From an uncultured Elusimicrobiaceae bacterium (GTDB taxonomy: Bacteria; Elusimicrobiota; Elusimicrobia; Elusimicrobiales; UBA9959), in contig CAZVWK010000016.1 of NCBI GenBank assembly GCA_964631475.1, forward strand, positions 1-29,367: a stretch of DNA of 29,367 nt. The letters are read 5' to 3'. The position numbers were made by a program, and so were the translations under genes. Of this stretch, positions 16,684-25,150 are shown one piece after another (position 1 is the first letter of the stretch; every line of letters begins with the position of its first letter). Below the pieces are notes generated by a model. The model had not been told where the DNA came from. It did no database searches and worked only from the letters and a program-made list of their open reading frames with translations.

Positions 16684-17619
16684 ATGAAACTCTTTCTGGC
16701 ATCGGTACTTTCAGCCGGCGTATTCTGCGGGGCCGCGGGCGCCTCGGGCTTCGAGGCGGAACTCAGGCAGGCCGAGGATAATTTAGCGGAAGTGAAACTG
16801 GGCGAAGGGCTGCAGTTACCGGTGCCTGTCCCCTCCGCTTCCATGCCCGAGGGACTGGACGGCGCGCCCGACATCTTCGGCTATTTCGAGGCGCTCAAGG
16901 CCTCCGAGCCGGCCGCCCGCGAGCTGGCCGGCTTCGACAAGTCCGCCACGGCGCTCAACCGCCCGGCCGGCGAGGTGGTCTACACCGTGGACCTGGCCCG
17001 GGTGAAGAACGCCTACCTGCGCACGGCCAAAACATTCAGGACCTCCAGGGGCACCACGGTGCATGTCAGCGGCTCCAAGGCCTCCAACTGCCCCGACGGC
17101 GGCAACGGCTGCAAGGACAAGGAAAAGTTCTTCCTGGTGCTGACCACCGACAAGGGAGAGTCTTTCTTCGCCCGGGCGATGGATATAGTCAACTGGGGCA
17201 TCTTCATGAGCGGCTCCAAGACCTTCAATATAGACGGCGAGAACTATACGGTCAAGGTCAAGGCCAACGCCTCTACCCCGGAGAACAGCACGCTAGAGGT
17301 CAAAGGCCCCCGCGGCGTGGTGCTGACCGCCAGCCTCAAGGACCTGGGCGACGCCGTGGCCGCCAAAGGCGTGGACGTGCGCCTCTCCAGGATCTACAAG
17401 CTGGCCTACGGCAACGAGATAGTCCAGGGCCCGCAGGGCGCCAGGTTCACGCAGAAGATGCTGGTCCTGATGATACCCTTCCCCGTGCAGGACGCGTCCA
17501 GCTACTTCATACTGCAGGCCGCCGACATCAAGCCCGCCGGCGTCATGTTCCCCGAACTGGACCGCGGCCACGGCTTCCGCATAAACGGCGGCACGCTGGA
17601 GATCTTCAGGCTCAACTGA
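16684..17619 (+). CDS. hypothetical secreted protein (311 aa), no recognisable domain
   Basis: Signal peptide [22 protein letters not shown]. The coding-like composition extends to TGA 17619. The gene has its own promoter and terminator. The ORF-track start 16621 lies inside the promoter. Confidence 0.7.
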   Translation: MKLFLASVLSAGVFCGAAGASGFEAELRQAEDNLAEVKLGEGLQLPVPVPSASMPEGLDGAPDIFGYFEALKASEPAARELAGFDKSATALNRPAGEVVYTVDLARVKNAYLRTAKTFRTSRGTTVHVSGSKASNCPDGGNGCKDKEKFFLVLTTDKGESFFARAMDIVNWGIFMSGSKTFNIDGENYTVKVKANASTPENSTLEVKGPRGVVLTASLKDLGDAVAAKGVDVRLSRIYKLAYGNEIVQGPQGARFTQKMLVLMIPFPVQDASSYFILQAADIKPAGVMFPELDRGHGFRINGGTLEIFRLN

Positions 17620-17639
17620 GCCGCGCGGCTTCTACGAAG

Positions 17640-17668
17640 GCCCCGGGCCCCGCCCGGGGCTTTTTTTT
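17640..17668 (+). terminator. rho-independent terminator
   Basis: Stem GCCCCGGG / CCCGGGGC, loop CCCCG, then T8 (17661-17668). Confidence 0.85.
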
Positions 17669-17679
17669 GGGGTAAATAC

Positions 17680-17685
17680 TATAAT
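17680..17685 (+). promoter_or_regulatory. consensus -10 box TATAAT overlapping the first ATG of cysE
   Basis: TATAAT at 17680-17685. The predicted TSS is about 17692, one nt before ATG 17693 (MFNFSEDI...). No convincing -35 was found. Confidence 0.4.
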
Positions 17686-18310
17686 GTACTCGATGTTCAA
17701 CTTCTCCGAGGATATAAACACCGTTTTCCGCAAGGACCCGGCCGCCCGCGGCCTGCTGGAGGTCCTGACCTGCTATCCCGGCCTGCACGCGGTCTGGCTG
17801 CACCGCCCGGCTCACCGGCTCTGGGTGGCCGGCTGGCGCACGACAGCCCGGCTGGTATCGCATATAGCGCGCTTCTTCACCGGCGTGGAGATACATCCCG
17901 GCGCGACTATCGGCCGCCGCTTCTTCATAGACCACGGCATGGGTGTCGTCATAGGCGAGACTGCGGAGATAGGCGACGACGTCCTGCTCTACCAGGGCGT
18001 GGTCCTGGGCGGCACCTCGCTGGAGCATAAGAAGCGGCACCCTACGCTGGGCGACGGTGTCGTTGTGGGCGCCGGAGCGATAATACTCGGCGCCATAAAG
18101 ATCGGCGCGCGCTCCAGGGTCGGCGCGGGTTCGGTGGTGCTGCATGCCGTGCCGCCCGATAGCACTGTTTTCGGGGTTCCCGCCCACGCCCGGGCCGCCC
18201 CGGCCGAAAAGGGCACCCAGCTCGACCACGACAAGGTTTCGGACGTATGCTGGGACGAGCTCGAGGCCCTGCGGGCGGAAGTTGAAGCCCTCAGGAAGAA
18301 GGTCGGATGA
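17684..18310 (+). CDS. cysE: serine O-acetyltransferase (start probably 17693)
   Basis: The N-terminal block [32 protein letters not shown] and the hexapeptide-repeat block [38 protein letters not shown] are both present. Confidence 0.9.
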   Translation: MYSMFNFSEDINTVFRKDPAARGLLEVLTCYPGLHAVWLHRPAHRLWVAGWRTTARLVSHIARFFTGVEIHPGATIGRRFFIDHGMGVVIGETAEIGDDVLLYQGVVLGGTSLEHKKRHPTLGDGVVVGAGAIILGAIKIGARSRVGAGSVVLHAVPPDSTVFGVPAHARAAPAEKGTQLDHDKVSDVCWDELEALRAEVEALRKKVG

Positions 18311-18350
18311 AATCCCCGGGCGTCGACCGCCTCGCGCTGGCGGCCGGCTC

Positions 18351-18809
18351 ATGAAACTGGCCACGCTCTGCTATGTCAGGCGCGGCGGCCGCACGCTGAT
18401 GCTGCACCGCGTCAAGAAGAAGGACGACGTACACGAGGGCAAGTGGAACGGGCTGGGGGGAAAGCTGGAGCCCGGCGAGAGCCCCGAGGACTGCGTCATC
18501 CGCGAGATACGCGAGGAGGCGGGGCTCCGGATAAAGAGCCCCTTGCTCAAAGGCGTCCTGACCTTCCCCGATTTCGCCAAAGGCGAGGACTGGTATGTCT
18601 TCGTATTCACCGCTTCCTCTTTTACGGGAAAGCTCATCGATTCTCCGGAGGGGGAACTGCGCTGGATCCCGGACCGCGACCTGCTCAAACTCAATCTCTG
18701 GGAAGGAGACCGGGTCTTCCTGCCCCTGCTGCGCCGCCGCGGCCATTTCTCCGGCAAGTTCCATTACCGCGCCGGCCGCCTGCTCAAATACAAAGTGGAG
18801 AAGTACTGA
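18351..18809 (+). CDS. NUDIX hydrolase (MutT-like)
   Basis: Nudix box GKWNGLGGKLEPGESPEDCVIREIREEAGL. ATG 18351. The longer ORF 18144..18809 overlaps cysE out of frame. Confidence 0.85.
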   Translation: MKLATLCYVRRGGRTLMLHRVKKKDDVHEGKWNGLGGKLEPGESPEDCVIREIREEAGLRIKSPLLKGVLTFPDFAKGEDWYVFVFTASSFTGKLIDSPEGELRWIPDRDLLKLNLWEGDRVFLPLLRRRGHFSGKFHYRAGRLLKYKVEKY

Positions 18810-18811
18810 AA

Positions 18812-19942
18812 ATGGAAAAGACTGTTAAAGCGCTGGGACTGATGAGCGGGACTTCGGCCGACGGGCTCTCCATAGCTTACTGCGCTATAAAGGGCCGCTC
18901 CCTGAAGGTGCTCAAGTCCGCCAATTACGCCTATCCGGCCGCCCTCCAGGCCCGTATAATAGCTGCCAAAGATATGCGGGCCCCCGAGCTTTCCGCGCTC
19001 AACTTCGAGCTGGGACGCCTCTGGGCCGGCATGGTCGTGAAGTTCTGCCGCGCCAAAAATGTATCGCTTAAGTCGCTGGACGTCATCGGCTCGCACGGCC
19101 AGACGGTCTGGCACGCCCCGGGCCGGAAGGGCCATACCCTGCAGATAGGCGACCCGGCTTTCCTGGCCGAGGCGGCCGGAGTACCGGTAGTTTCCGACTT
19201 CCGCCCGGCCGACATGGCCGCCGGCGGCGAGGGCGCCCCGCTGGTCCCCTTCATGGACGAATACCTATACGGCGGCGGCGCGCCCGTCGCCCTGCAGAAC
19301 ATAGGCGGCGTGGGCAACATCTCCTTCGCAGGCCGTGGCGTAAGGACTTTCGGTTTCGATACCGGCCCCGGCAATTCGCTCATGGATACGGCCGTCAGCG
19401 AACTGTCCGGCGGCAAACTCTCCTGCGACAGGGGCGGCAAGTGGGCCGCGGCCGGCGAGCCTGACCTGGAGAAGATCCGCTCCCTGCTGAGGGCCCCTTT
19501 CTTCCTGCGCAGGCCTCCCAAATCGCTGGACCGCAGCGAATATACGCTGGCTTTCATAAAGAAGAACTTCGGCGCGACGTTCGGCCTCCGCCGCTCGCGC
19601 GACCTGCTGGCCACGCTCAACGCCTTCACCGCCGCGTCTATAGCTCTGGCTTTCAGGGACCACGCTCCCCCGGGGACCCGCGAACTGGTAGTCGCCGGCG
19701 GCGGGGCGCTTAACCCGGTGCTGATGGACAATATCGCAGCCCTCCTGCTGCCGCTTGGCGCCCGGGTCCGTTCCTGCGCGGAACTGGGCCTGCACCCGCT
19801 GGCCAAGGAGCCCGCCTGCTTCGCCCTGCTGGCCGCCCTGGCCCTGGCCGGGCGCGAAAATCACTGCCCTTCGGCGACAGGCGCGCGTTCCGCCAGGGTG
19901 CTGGGCCGGATTTCGTCCCCTCTGCCCGGGCGGCGTATTTAG
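18812..19942 (+). CDS. anmK: anhydro-N-acetylmuramic acid kinase
   Basis: N-terminal signature GLMSGTSADG, plus HGQTVWH, GNSLMD and VVAGGGALNP blocks. The Arg/Pro-rich part of ORF 18443..19942 upstream of ATG 18812 overlaps the NUDIX gene. Ends TAG TAA. Confidence 0.88.
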   Translation: MEKTVKALGLMSGTSADGLSIAYCAIKGRSLKVLKSANYAYPAALQARIIAAKDMRAPELSALNFELGRLWAGMVVKFCRAKNVSLKSLDVIGSHGQTVWHAPGRKGHTLQIGDPAFLAEAAGVPVVSDFRPADMAAGGEGAPLVPFMDEYLYGGGAPVALQNIGGVGNISFAGRGVRTFGFDTGPGNSLMDTAVSELSGGKLSCDRGGKWAAAGEPDLEKIRSLLRAPFFLRRPPKSLDRSEYTLAFIKKNFGATFGLRRSRDLLATLNAFTAASIALAFRDHAPPGTRELVVAGGGALNPVLMDNIAALLLPLGARVRSCAELGLHPLAKEPACFALLAALALAGRENHCPSATGARSARVLGRISSPLPGRRI

Positions 19943-19954
19943 TAAAATTTGATC

Positions 19955-21025
19955 ATGCCGCAAAAGCGACAGGACCCCCTGCCCGGCAACCTTAACGCCG
20001 TCCTTAAGTCGGTCTCACGGACCATCTATTTCAGCTTCAAAGTACTGCCGCCGGCGGTCCGGCCGCCGATGGCTGTCGCCTACCTCATCTGCCGCGCCAT
20101 GGATACGGCGGTGGACGCTTCTTCGGCCGCCCGGGCCGAAAAGAAGCGCTTCCTGGACCTGCTCGCCGGCATCGGCCCCGGTTTCGACGTCTCCGCCGCG
20201 GCGGCCGCCGCAGCGGCCTTCCTGCCTGGAGTCAGGCATAAGGGCGAGCGCGACCTGCTGGGCTCGATGTCCCCGGTCTTCGAGGAGGCCATGCGCCTGG
20301 GCGACCCGGACCTGGAGGCCCTGCGCGGCGTGACGGCCGGAGTGGCCGCCGGGATGGAGATGGACCTTTCATTTTTCGACGGGGCTTCGCCGGCGGCCCC
20401 GCGCGCGCTGCCGGACGACGACGCCCTGCTGCGCTATTGCGACCTGATCGGCGGCAAGCCTGGCCTTTTCTGGGCGGGCCTGTACGCGCGGCGGCTGCGG
20501 GAGGCCTTTCCGGAAGCCTCCGGCCTTCCGCTGGATACGGACGGCGGGGTCATAGGTTCCGCCCTGCAGGTGACCAATATACTGAAGGACGCGGCCGCGG
20601 ACCTCGCCATGGGGCGTTGTTATTTCCCGGCCGCCGACCTGGCCGCCCGCGGCCTGGCGCCGGCCGATCTGCGCGACCCCGGCTCTATGCGCAAGTTCAG
20701 GCCTACAGTACACAAATGGATATCCTGGGCGGTGGACCAACTGGACATCTGCGAGAAATTCGTCTCCTCCATGCCTAAATCCGAGCTGGGAATGCGGGCG
20801 GCGGTTATCTGGCCCGTCTACTGGGCCATGGATACGCTGCTGGAGGTGGCCAAAGCCAATATTCTCGATCCCAGGGCGAGGCCCAAGATAAGCAAGAAGC
20901 GCGTCTATACCACCATAGCCGCCACGCCGCCCCTGCTCTTGAGCAACACCGCTTTCACGCGCGGCTACAGGTTCAGGCGCGAGACGCTTCTGGTGGCTAT
21001 ATCCGGAACGGAGGCTCCCCTATGA
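19955..21025 (+). CDS. squalene/phytoene synthase family protein
   Basis: First Asp-rich motif AYLICRAMDTAVD and second motif LQVTNILKDAAADLAMGRCYFP. The first ATG is at 19955; the track start 19949 is TTG. Confidence 0.75.
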   Translation: MPQKRQDPLPGNLNAVLKSVSRTIYFSFKVLPPAVRPPMAVAYLICRAMDTAVDASSAARAEKKRFLDLLAGIGPGFDVSAAAAAAAAFLPGVRHKGERDLLGSMSPVFEEAMRLGDPDLEALRGVTAGVAAGMEMDLSFFDGASPAAPRALPDDDALLRYCDLIGGKPGLFWAGLYARRLREAFPEASGLPLDTDGGVIGSALQVTNILKDAAADLAMGRCYFPAADLAARGLAPADLRDPGSMRKFRPTVHKWISWAVDQLDICEKFVSSMPKSELGMRAAVIWPVYWAMDTLLEVAKANILDPRARPKISKKRVYTTIAATPPLLLSNTAFTRGYRFRRETLLVAISGTEAPL

Positions 21026-21510
21026 AGAACCTGCTGGCAGCCATGCTGATGCTTGCCCTCGCCGCTTGCGGCGGGCGAGGCCTGACGGACGCCGAAGCCG
21101 AGGAGCGTCGCCGGGGGGAACTGGAACTGCAGTCCGTGATGGACATGGTCGCGACCAAGCAGGTAAAGCCGATAGAGTTCGAGTTCAACTCGGACGTGCT
21201 GCGGCCCAGTTCCCGGGACCTGCTCGACCGCGTCGCCGAAGTGCTCAGGAACCGCCCCCGGCTCAAGCTGATAGTCGAAGGCCATACGGACGACGTCGGC
21301 GACGACGGGTACAACATGGAACTTTCCCGCTACCGGGCCGACTCGGTCAAGAACTATCTGGTAGGGAAGGGCATACACCCCGAGACCGTACGCGCCATCG
21401 GCTACGGCGAGACCAGGCCGGTCAGCCCCGGAAAAACGGAAAAGGACCGCGCGCTGAATCGCCGCGTCGAGTTCAGGATAACCACCCGCGACTGGGGGAC
21501 CGTTTTTTGA
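21022..21510 (+). CDS. OmpA-domain lipoprotein (Pal-like)
   Basis: Lipobox LALAAC. OmpA_C block FEFNSDVL......LL..VA..L......L.VEGHTDDVGDDGYNMELSRYRADSVKNYL...GI........GYGETRP.......ALNRRVEF. ATGA overlap with the upstream gene. Confidence 0.9.
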   Translation: MKNLLAAMLMLALAACGGRGLTDAEAEERRRGELELQSVMDMVATKQVKPIEFEFNSDVLRPSSRDLLDRVAEVLRNRPRLKLIVEGHTDDVGDDGYNMELSRYRADSVKNYLVGKGIHPETVRAIGYGETRPVSPGKTEKDRALNRRVEFRITTRDWGTVF

Positions 21511-21531
21511 GGCCTGCCGCATATCAAAAAG

Positions 21532-21560
21532 AAAACCCCGCCGAGAGGCGGGGTTTTTTT
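21532..21560. terminator. bidirectional rho-independent terminator between the ompA-like gene (+) and obg (-)
   Basis: Stem CCCCGCC / GGCGGGG with loop GAGA, flanked by an A-run upstream and T7 downstream. Confidence 0.85.
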
Positions 21561-21578
21561 ATCCTTCGACCGGAGGCT

Positions 21579-22958
21579 CTAGAGTTTGCGGAACTTCTTT
21601 TTGCGCCTGGCCTCCAGCCTGACATTATGCTTGTACTTGTAGTCGAACTTCCCGGGCCGGCCCTGCGGCGGCGGCGGTTCCTGCCATTCGAACTCCCAGC
21701 CCTCCACCGAGACGATATCGCCTTCGGCCGCGCCGGCTTTTTTGAGAGCCTTGTCCAGGCCTATGCCCTTGAAGATGCGGCGCAGGCGTTCGAGCGAGTC
21801 CGGCTGGCCGAAATTGGTCATGGCCAGCAGGGTCTTCAGCCGCGGCCCGCGCACGTTCCAGCGGTTGGCCCCTGAGCCCTCCACCCGGAAGCCCCTGTCC
21901 ATCTTAAGCTCCAGCACCGGGCCCTTCTCCTCGGGTTTGTAGAGCTCCGGCACGGGCAGCGAGGGCAGCAGCTCGATGACGCGGTCCAGGAGCTTGGAGA
22001 CTCCCTCCCCGGTGACGCCGGAGATAAGGAACACCTCGTCCTTTTTATACTTCTTCTTTATGGCCGCGTAAGCCTTGGCGGCCTCCGGCAGGTCGGCCTT
22101 GGTTACGGCCAGCAGCCGCTTCCTCGCTCCCAGTTCAGGGTTGAATTCGGAGAGCTCGGAGGCTATGACCTTCACGCTTTTCTCCGGGGTCACCCCGCCG
22201 AACCCCTGCGGGTCCACCAGCTGTATGATGAGGCGGGTGCGCAGTATGTGGCGGAGGAAATCGTCGCCGAGGCCCTTGCCCTCGTGGGCGCCTTCGATCA
22301 GGCCCGGTATGTCGGCCACGACGAAGCCCGCGTACTTGTGCGTGACCACGCCGAGGTTGGGGTTTAGCGTGGTGAAGGGGTAGGCCGCTATCTTGGGCCG
22401 GGCCGCGCTGACCCGCGAGATCAGCGTGGACTTGCCGGCGTTGGGAAAACCCGCCAGGCCGACGTCGGCCAGCAGGCTCAGTTCCAGGTCCAGCGTGGCC
22501 TCCTCTCCGGGCTCTCCCTTTTCGGAGATCATGGGCGCGGTGTTGAAATGGGTCTTGAACATGGCGTTGCCGCGCCCGCCGCGGCCGCCCTTGGCGGCCA
22601 GGAAAGAATCCCCTTCTTTTTTAAGGTCGGCCACCACCTGGCCGCCCTTCAGGACCAGCGTGCCGGGGGGGACCGGGACCACGGTGCCCTCGCCGTTGCG
22701 GCCGTAAAGGTTCTTGCCCTTGCCGTTGCCGCCGTCCGCGGCCGCCACGTGCGGATGGAAGGAGAGCTCGGTGAGGGTGTTGCAGCCGATCGAGGCACGG
22801 AGGATTATGTCCCCGCCGTTGCCGCCGTTGCCGCCATTGGGGCCGCCGTAGGGGATGTATTTTTCGCGCCGCATGGAGGCGCAGCCGTCGCCGCCCTTGC
22901 CGGCCTTGAGGAATATCCTGACCTGGTCCACGAATCCGCCGCGTTCTCTTTCAGCCAT
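21579..22958 (-). CDS. obg: GTPase Obg/CgtA with C-terminal OCT-type extension
   Basis: Obg fold FVDQVRIFLKAGKGGDGCASMRREKY..YGGPNGGNGG. G motifs GFPNAGKST, DIPGLIEGA and TKAD. A C-terminal domain and a basic tail follow. TAG stop. Confidence 0.93.
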   Translation of the reverse strand: MAERERGGFVDQVRIFLKAGKGGDGCASMRREKYIPYGGPNGGNGGNGGDIILRASIGCNTLTELSFHPHVAAADGGNGKGKNLYGRNGEGTVVPVPPGTLVLKGGQVVADLKKEGDSFLAAKGGRGGRGNAMFKTHFNTAPMISEKGEPGEEATLDLELSLLADVGLAGFPNAGKSTLISRVSAARPKIAAYPFTTLNPNLGVVTHKYAGFVVADIPGLIEGAHEGKGLGDDFLRHILRTRLIIQLVDPQGFGGVTPEKSVKVIASELSEFNPELGARKRLLAVTKADLPEAAKAYAAIKKKYKKDEVFLISGVTGEGVSKLLDRVIELLPSLPVPELYKPEEKGPVLELKMDRGFRVEGSGANRWNVRGPRLKTLLAMTNFGQPDSLERLRRIFKGIGLDKALKKAGAAEGDIVSVEGWEFEWQEPPPPQGRPGKFDYKYKHNVRLEARRKKKFRKL

Positions 22959-22984
22959 ATGGATTGCCGCCGTTCTTCCCTTTC

Positions 22985-23020
22985 AAAAAAAAACCTCCCA
23001 ACCGGAAGTCGGGAGGTTTT
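22985..23020 (-). terminator. hairpin + U-run between rpmA and obg (terminator/attenuator)
   Basis: The minus strand reads AAAACCTCCC-GACTTCCGGTT-GGGAGGTTTT followed by a T run. It lies in the 79-nt rpmA-obg spacer. Confidence 0.65.
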
Positions 23021-23037
23021 CGTCCTGGACGCGCTCC

Positions 23038-23301
23038 TTACTTGGAGGCGGCCGGGTAGACGCTGATTTGCTTCTTGCCCTTGCTGTGCCACTCGAACTT
23101 GACGACGCCGGCGGCCTTGGCGAACAGCGTGTCGTCCGAGCCCTTGCCCACGTTTAGGCCGGGGTGGAACTTGGTGCCGCGCTGGCGCACTATGACCTCG
23201 CCGGCCTTGACTAACTGGTCGCCGTAGCGCTTGACGCCCAGCCTTTGGCCGTGACTGTCGCGCCCGTTTGTCGATGAACCCTGTGATTTTGTTCCGGCCA
23301 T
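23038..23301 (-). CDS. rpmA: 50S ribosomal protein L27
   Basis: Block [48 protein letters not shown]...G.V.F. Confidence 0.95.
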   Translation of the reverse strand: MAGTKSQGSSTNGRDSHGQRLGVKRYGDQLVKAGEVIVRQRGTKFHPGLNVGKGSDDTLFAKAAGVVKFEWHSKGKKQISVYPAASK

Positions 23302-23326
23302 TTCTTTACCTCTTTAAAAGCCGTCC

Positions 23327-23638
23327 TCAGGACAGCTGTATATCCTTGATCTGGAGCTCGGTGAGCCCCTGGCGGTGCCCGGCGGTCTTCTCGTAGGCCT
23401 TCTTGGGCCGGCGCTTGAAGACTATCACCCTGGGACCGCGCAGATGGCGAAGCACCTTGGCCGTAACCTTGGCGGAGAGGGGATTGGCGCCGGCTTTTTC
23501 CTCCGTGCCGGAGGCCGCTGACCAGAGGGCCTTTATGCTTATCTCCTCGCCTTCCTTGGCCGAGAGCTTCTCAACCTGTAAAATCTCACCGGGTACTACC
23601 CAGTACTGTTTCCCGCCTGTCTGTATAATAGCGTACAT
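23327..23638 (-). CDS. rplU: 50S ribosomal protein L21
   Basis: Starts MYAIIQTGGKQY.V..GE.L.VEKL at ATG 23638. The 38 extra N-terminal codons of ORF 23327..23752 run through the promoter. Confidence 0.93.
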   Translation of the reverse strand: MYAIIQTGGKQYWVVPGEILQVEKLSAKEGEEISIKALWSAASGTEEKAGANPLSAKVTAKVLRHLRGPRVIVFKRRPKKAYEKTAGHRQGLTELQIKDIQLS

Positions 23639-23647
23639 AGTGGAGAT

Positions 23648-23676
23648 ATGATACCAAAAAACGCGGAGGGACGCAA
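23648..23676 (-). promoter_or_regulatory. sigma70-like promoter of rplU-rpmA (TTGCGT - 17 nt - TATCAT)
   Basis: On the minus strand, TTGCGT is at 23676-23671 and TATCAT at 23653-23648. The predicted TSS 23641 is 3 nt before ATG 23638, and there is no SD. Confidence 0.55.
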
Positions 23677-23759
23677 AGGCGCTCTCACGGCCTGTCACGG
23701 CCCCCATCCGCGCGTCCGGCAGTGGGCCTCTTGGCCCGCCCGGGTAGGACATTAGCCAC

Positions 23760-23788
23760 TTACGGCCGGCCCCCCAAGACTGTATAAT
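23760..23788 (+). promoter_or_regulatory. promoter with consensus -10 TATAAT (weak -35 TTACGG) for the gene at 23831
   Basis: TATAAT at 23783-23788 is preceded by TG. A 17-nt spacer separates it from TTACGG (23760-23765). The SD GGAGA lies 5 nt before ATG 23831. Confidence 0.5.
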
Positions 23789-23830
23789 TTAAGCACAGCC
23801 CGGAGCTCGCAGTCAATATTGGAGACAAAA

Positions 23831-24328
23831 ATGGAAAAAAGTTCCGCTTTCCACGTGAAGATCTTCGCCGCCGCCGTTCTCGCGACGGCTTTTTCCTGTT
23901 CCGCCGCCTCAGCCGCCGGCAGCGTTGAGGAACTGAAGCCCGCCGCGTCAGCGGGGGACACCATGCGGCATGGTGTCCCGATACCACCCGCCCGCACCGC
24001 CTTCGACGAATTCAACGTGATCAACGACCCCCTTTACCGGCAGGGTTCCATTGAGTTCCTGAAAAAAGCGGCGGAAGGGGAGAAGGCGGGGAAAAAGAGC
24101 GAGTCCCCTGATAAATCCCCCGCGGCGCCCGCCGGCGTCAGGGAAAAAGCCGCGCCGGCCTCGGATAAAGACGTCCGCCCCGCGAATATCCGCCCCGCGA
24201 ATGTACGTCCCGCCGACCTGCGCGACGCTCCTTCCGGGGTACGCCGGGGACTGCCGGCCCCGAGGAGCAAGCCGCCGGACCCCAGGCCCCTGCCCGCCGA
24301 TCCCTTAGCTCCCAGGAAAACTTCCTGA
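23831..24328 (+). CDS. hypothetical secreted Pro/Ala/Lys-rich protein
   Basis: Signal peptide MEKSSAFHVKIFAAAVLATAFSCSAASAAG, then a low-complexity tail with VRPAN-IRPAN-VRPAD repeats. No family recognised. Confidence 0.6.
   Translation: MEKSSAFHVKIFAAAVLATAFSCSAASAAGSVEELKPAASAGDTMRHGVPIPPARTAFDEFNVINDPLYRQGSIEFLKKAAEGEKAGKKSESPDKSPAAPAGVREKAAPASDKDVRPANIRPANVRPADLRDAPSGVRRGLPAPRSKPPDPRPLPADPLAPRKTS
24173..24217 (+). repeat. 15-bp tandem repeat, about 3 copies (GTCCGCCCCGCGAAT-like), encoding (V/I)RPA(N/D)
   Basis: Units at 24173-24187, 24188-24202 and 24203-24217. The first two differ at 2 positions and the third is more diverged. Confidence 0.7.
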
Positions 24329-24345
24329 CCCCGCTCCGGGTTCCC

Positions 24346-24376
24346 GCCCCGTCCGCATGAGCGGGCGGGGCTTCTT
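24346..24376 (+). terminator. possible weak terminator
   Basis: 11-bp stem GCCCCGTCCGC / GCGGGCGGGGC (one G-U) with loop ATGA, followed only by TTCTT. Confidence 0.4.
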
Positions 24377-24385
24377 ACGGCCGCT

Positions 24386-24415
24386 TTGAACCCCCGCCGC
24401 ATAAAGTAATAGAAT
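24386..24415 (+). promoter_or_regulatory. candidate promoter (TTGAAC - 18 nt - TAGAAT)
   Basis: TTGAAC at 24386-24391 and TAGAAT at 24410-24415. The SD AAGGAGG lies downstream, 12 nt before ATG 24451. Confidence 0.4.
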
Positions 24416-24450
24416 AAGGCCTCACGGATCCAAGGAGGACAGCCCAAGCC

Positions 24451-25131
24451 ATGCTAAAAGACATTTCCGACCTTTTCGTGCAGCCGGTGCTCAACGTCTG
24501 GCATATTTTCGCCACCTATCTGCCCAATATCATCGCGGCCCTGATCTTCATACTTTTCGGGCTTTTCATGGCCAGGGTCCTGAGCTCCGTGGCCGAGAAC
24601 TTCCTGTGCCGCATAAAGCTCGATTCCTACACCAGCCGGGTCGGCGTCAACGAGGTCCTGGCCCGCTTCGGCCTCGGCAAGTCTCTGGTCACCGTGATCG
24701 GCCTGGTCATCTACTGGTCGCTGATACTGGTGTTCTTTGTCTCGGCCGCGAACGTCCTCAATCTCACCGTCATCTCCGCCATACTCGAGCGCTTCGTCAT
24801 GGACTTCATGCCCAGGATAATCGCCGCCATCTTCATAGGCTTCGGCGGTCTGCTGTTCGCCAAGTTCCTGGGCGAGGTGGTCCTCAACTCTGCCACCGCC
24901 AACAACCTCCGGGGAGGGCGCCTGCTCTCCCAGATAGTCTATTTCACCGTCATCGTCTTCGCCGCGATAGTGGCGCTCGAGCAGATGGGCATAGAGATGA
25001 AGGTCATCCGTTCCAGCCTCAACATCATACTCGGTTCGCTGGGCCTGGCCTTCGCCATCGCCTTCGGGCTGGGCGCCAAGGACGCGGCCGCCTCGCTGAT
25101 AAAGACCGCCTTCCAGGACGATAAGAAGTAG
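24451..25131 (+). CDS. conserved TM-helix-repeat membrane protein (PF05552-like, MscS-N-terminal-like)
   Basis: Repeated units of the type ...YLPNIIAALIFILFGLFMARVL... / ...FMPRIIAAIFIGFGGLLFAKFL... / ...LNIILGSLGLAFAIAFGLG.KD. TAG stop. Confidence 0.6.
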   Translation: MLKDISDLFVQPVLNVWHIFATYLPNIIAALIFILFGLFMARVLSSVAENFLCRIKLDSYTSRVGVNEVLARFGLGKSLVTVIGLVIYWSLILVFFVSAANVLNLTVISAILERFVMDFMPRIIAAIFIGFGGLLFAKFLGEVVLNSATANNLRGGRLLSQIVYFTVIVFAAIVALEQMGIEMKVIRSSLNIILGSLGLAFAIAFGLGAKDAAASLIKTAFQDDKK

Positions 25132-25150
25132 CGGCCCCGCTCCGCCAGGG

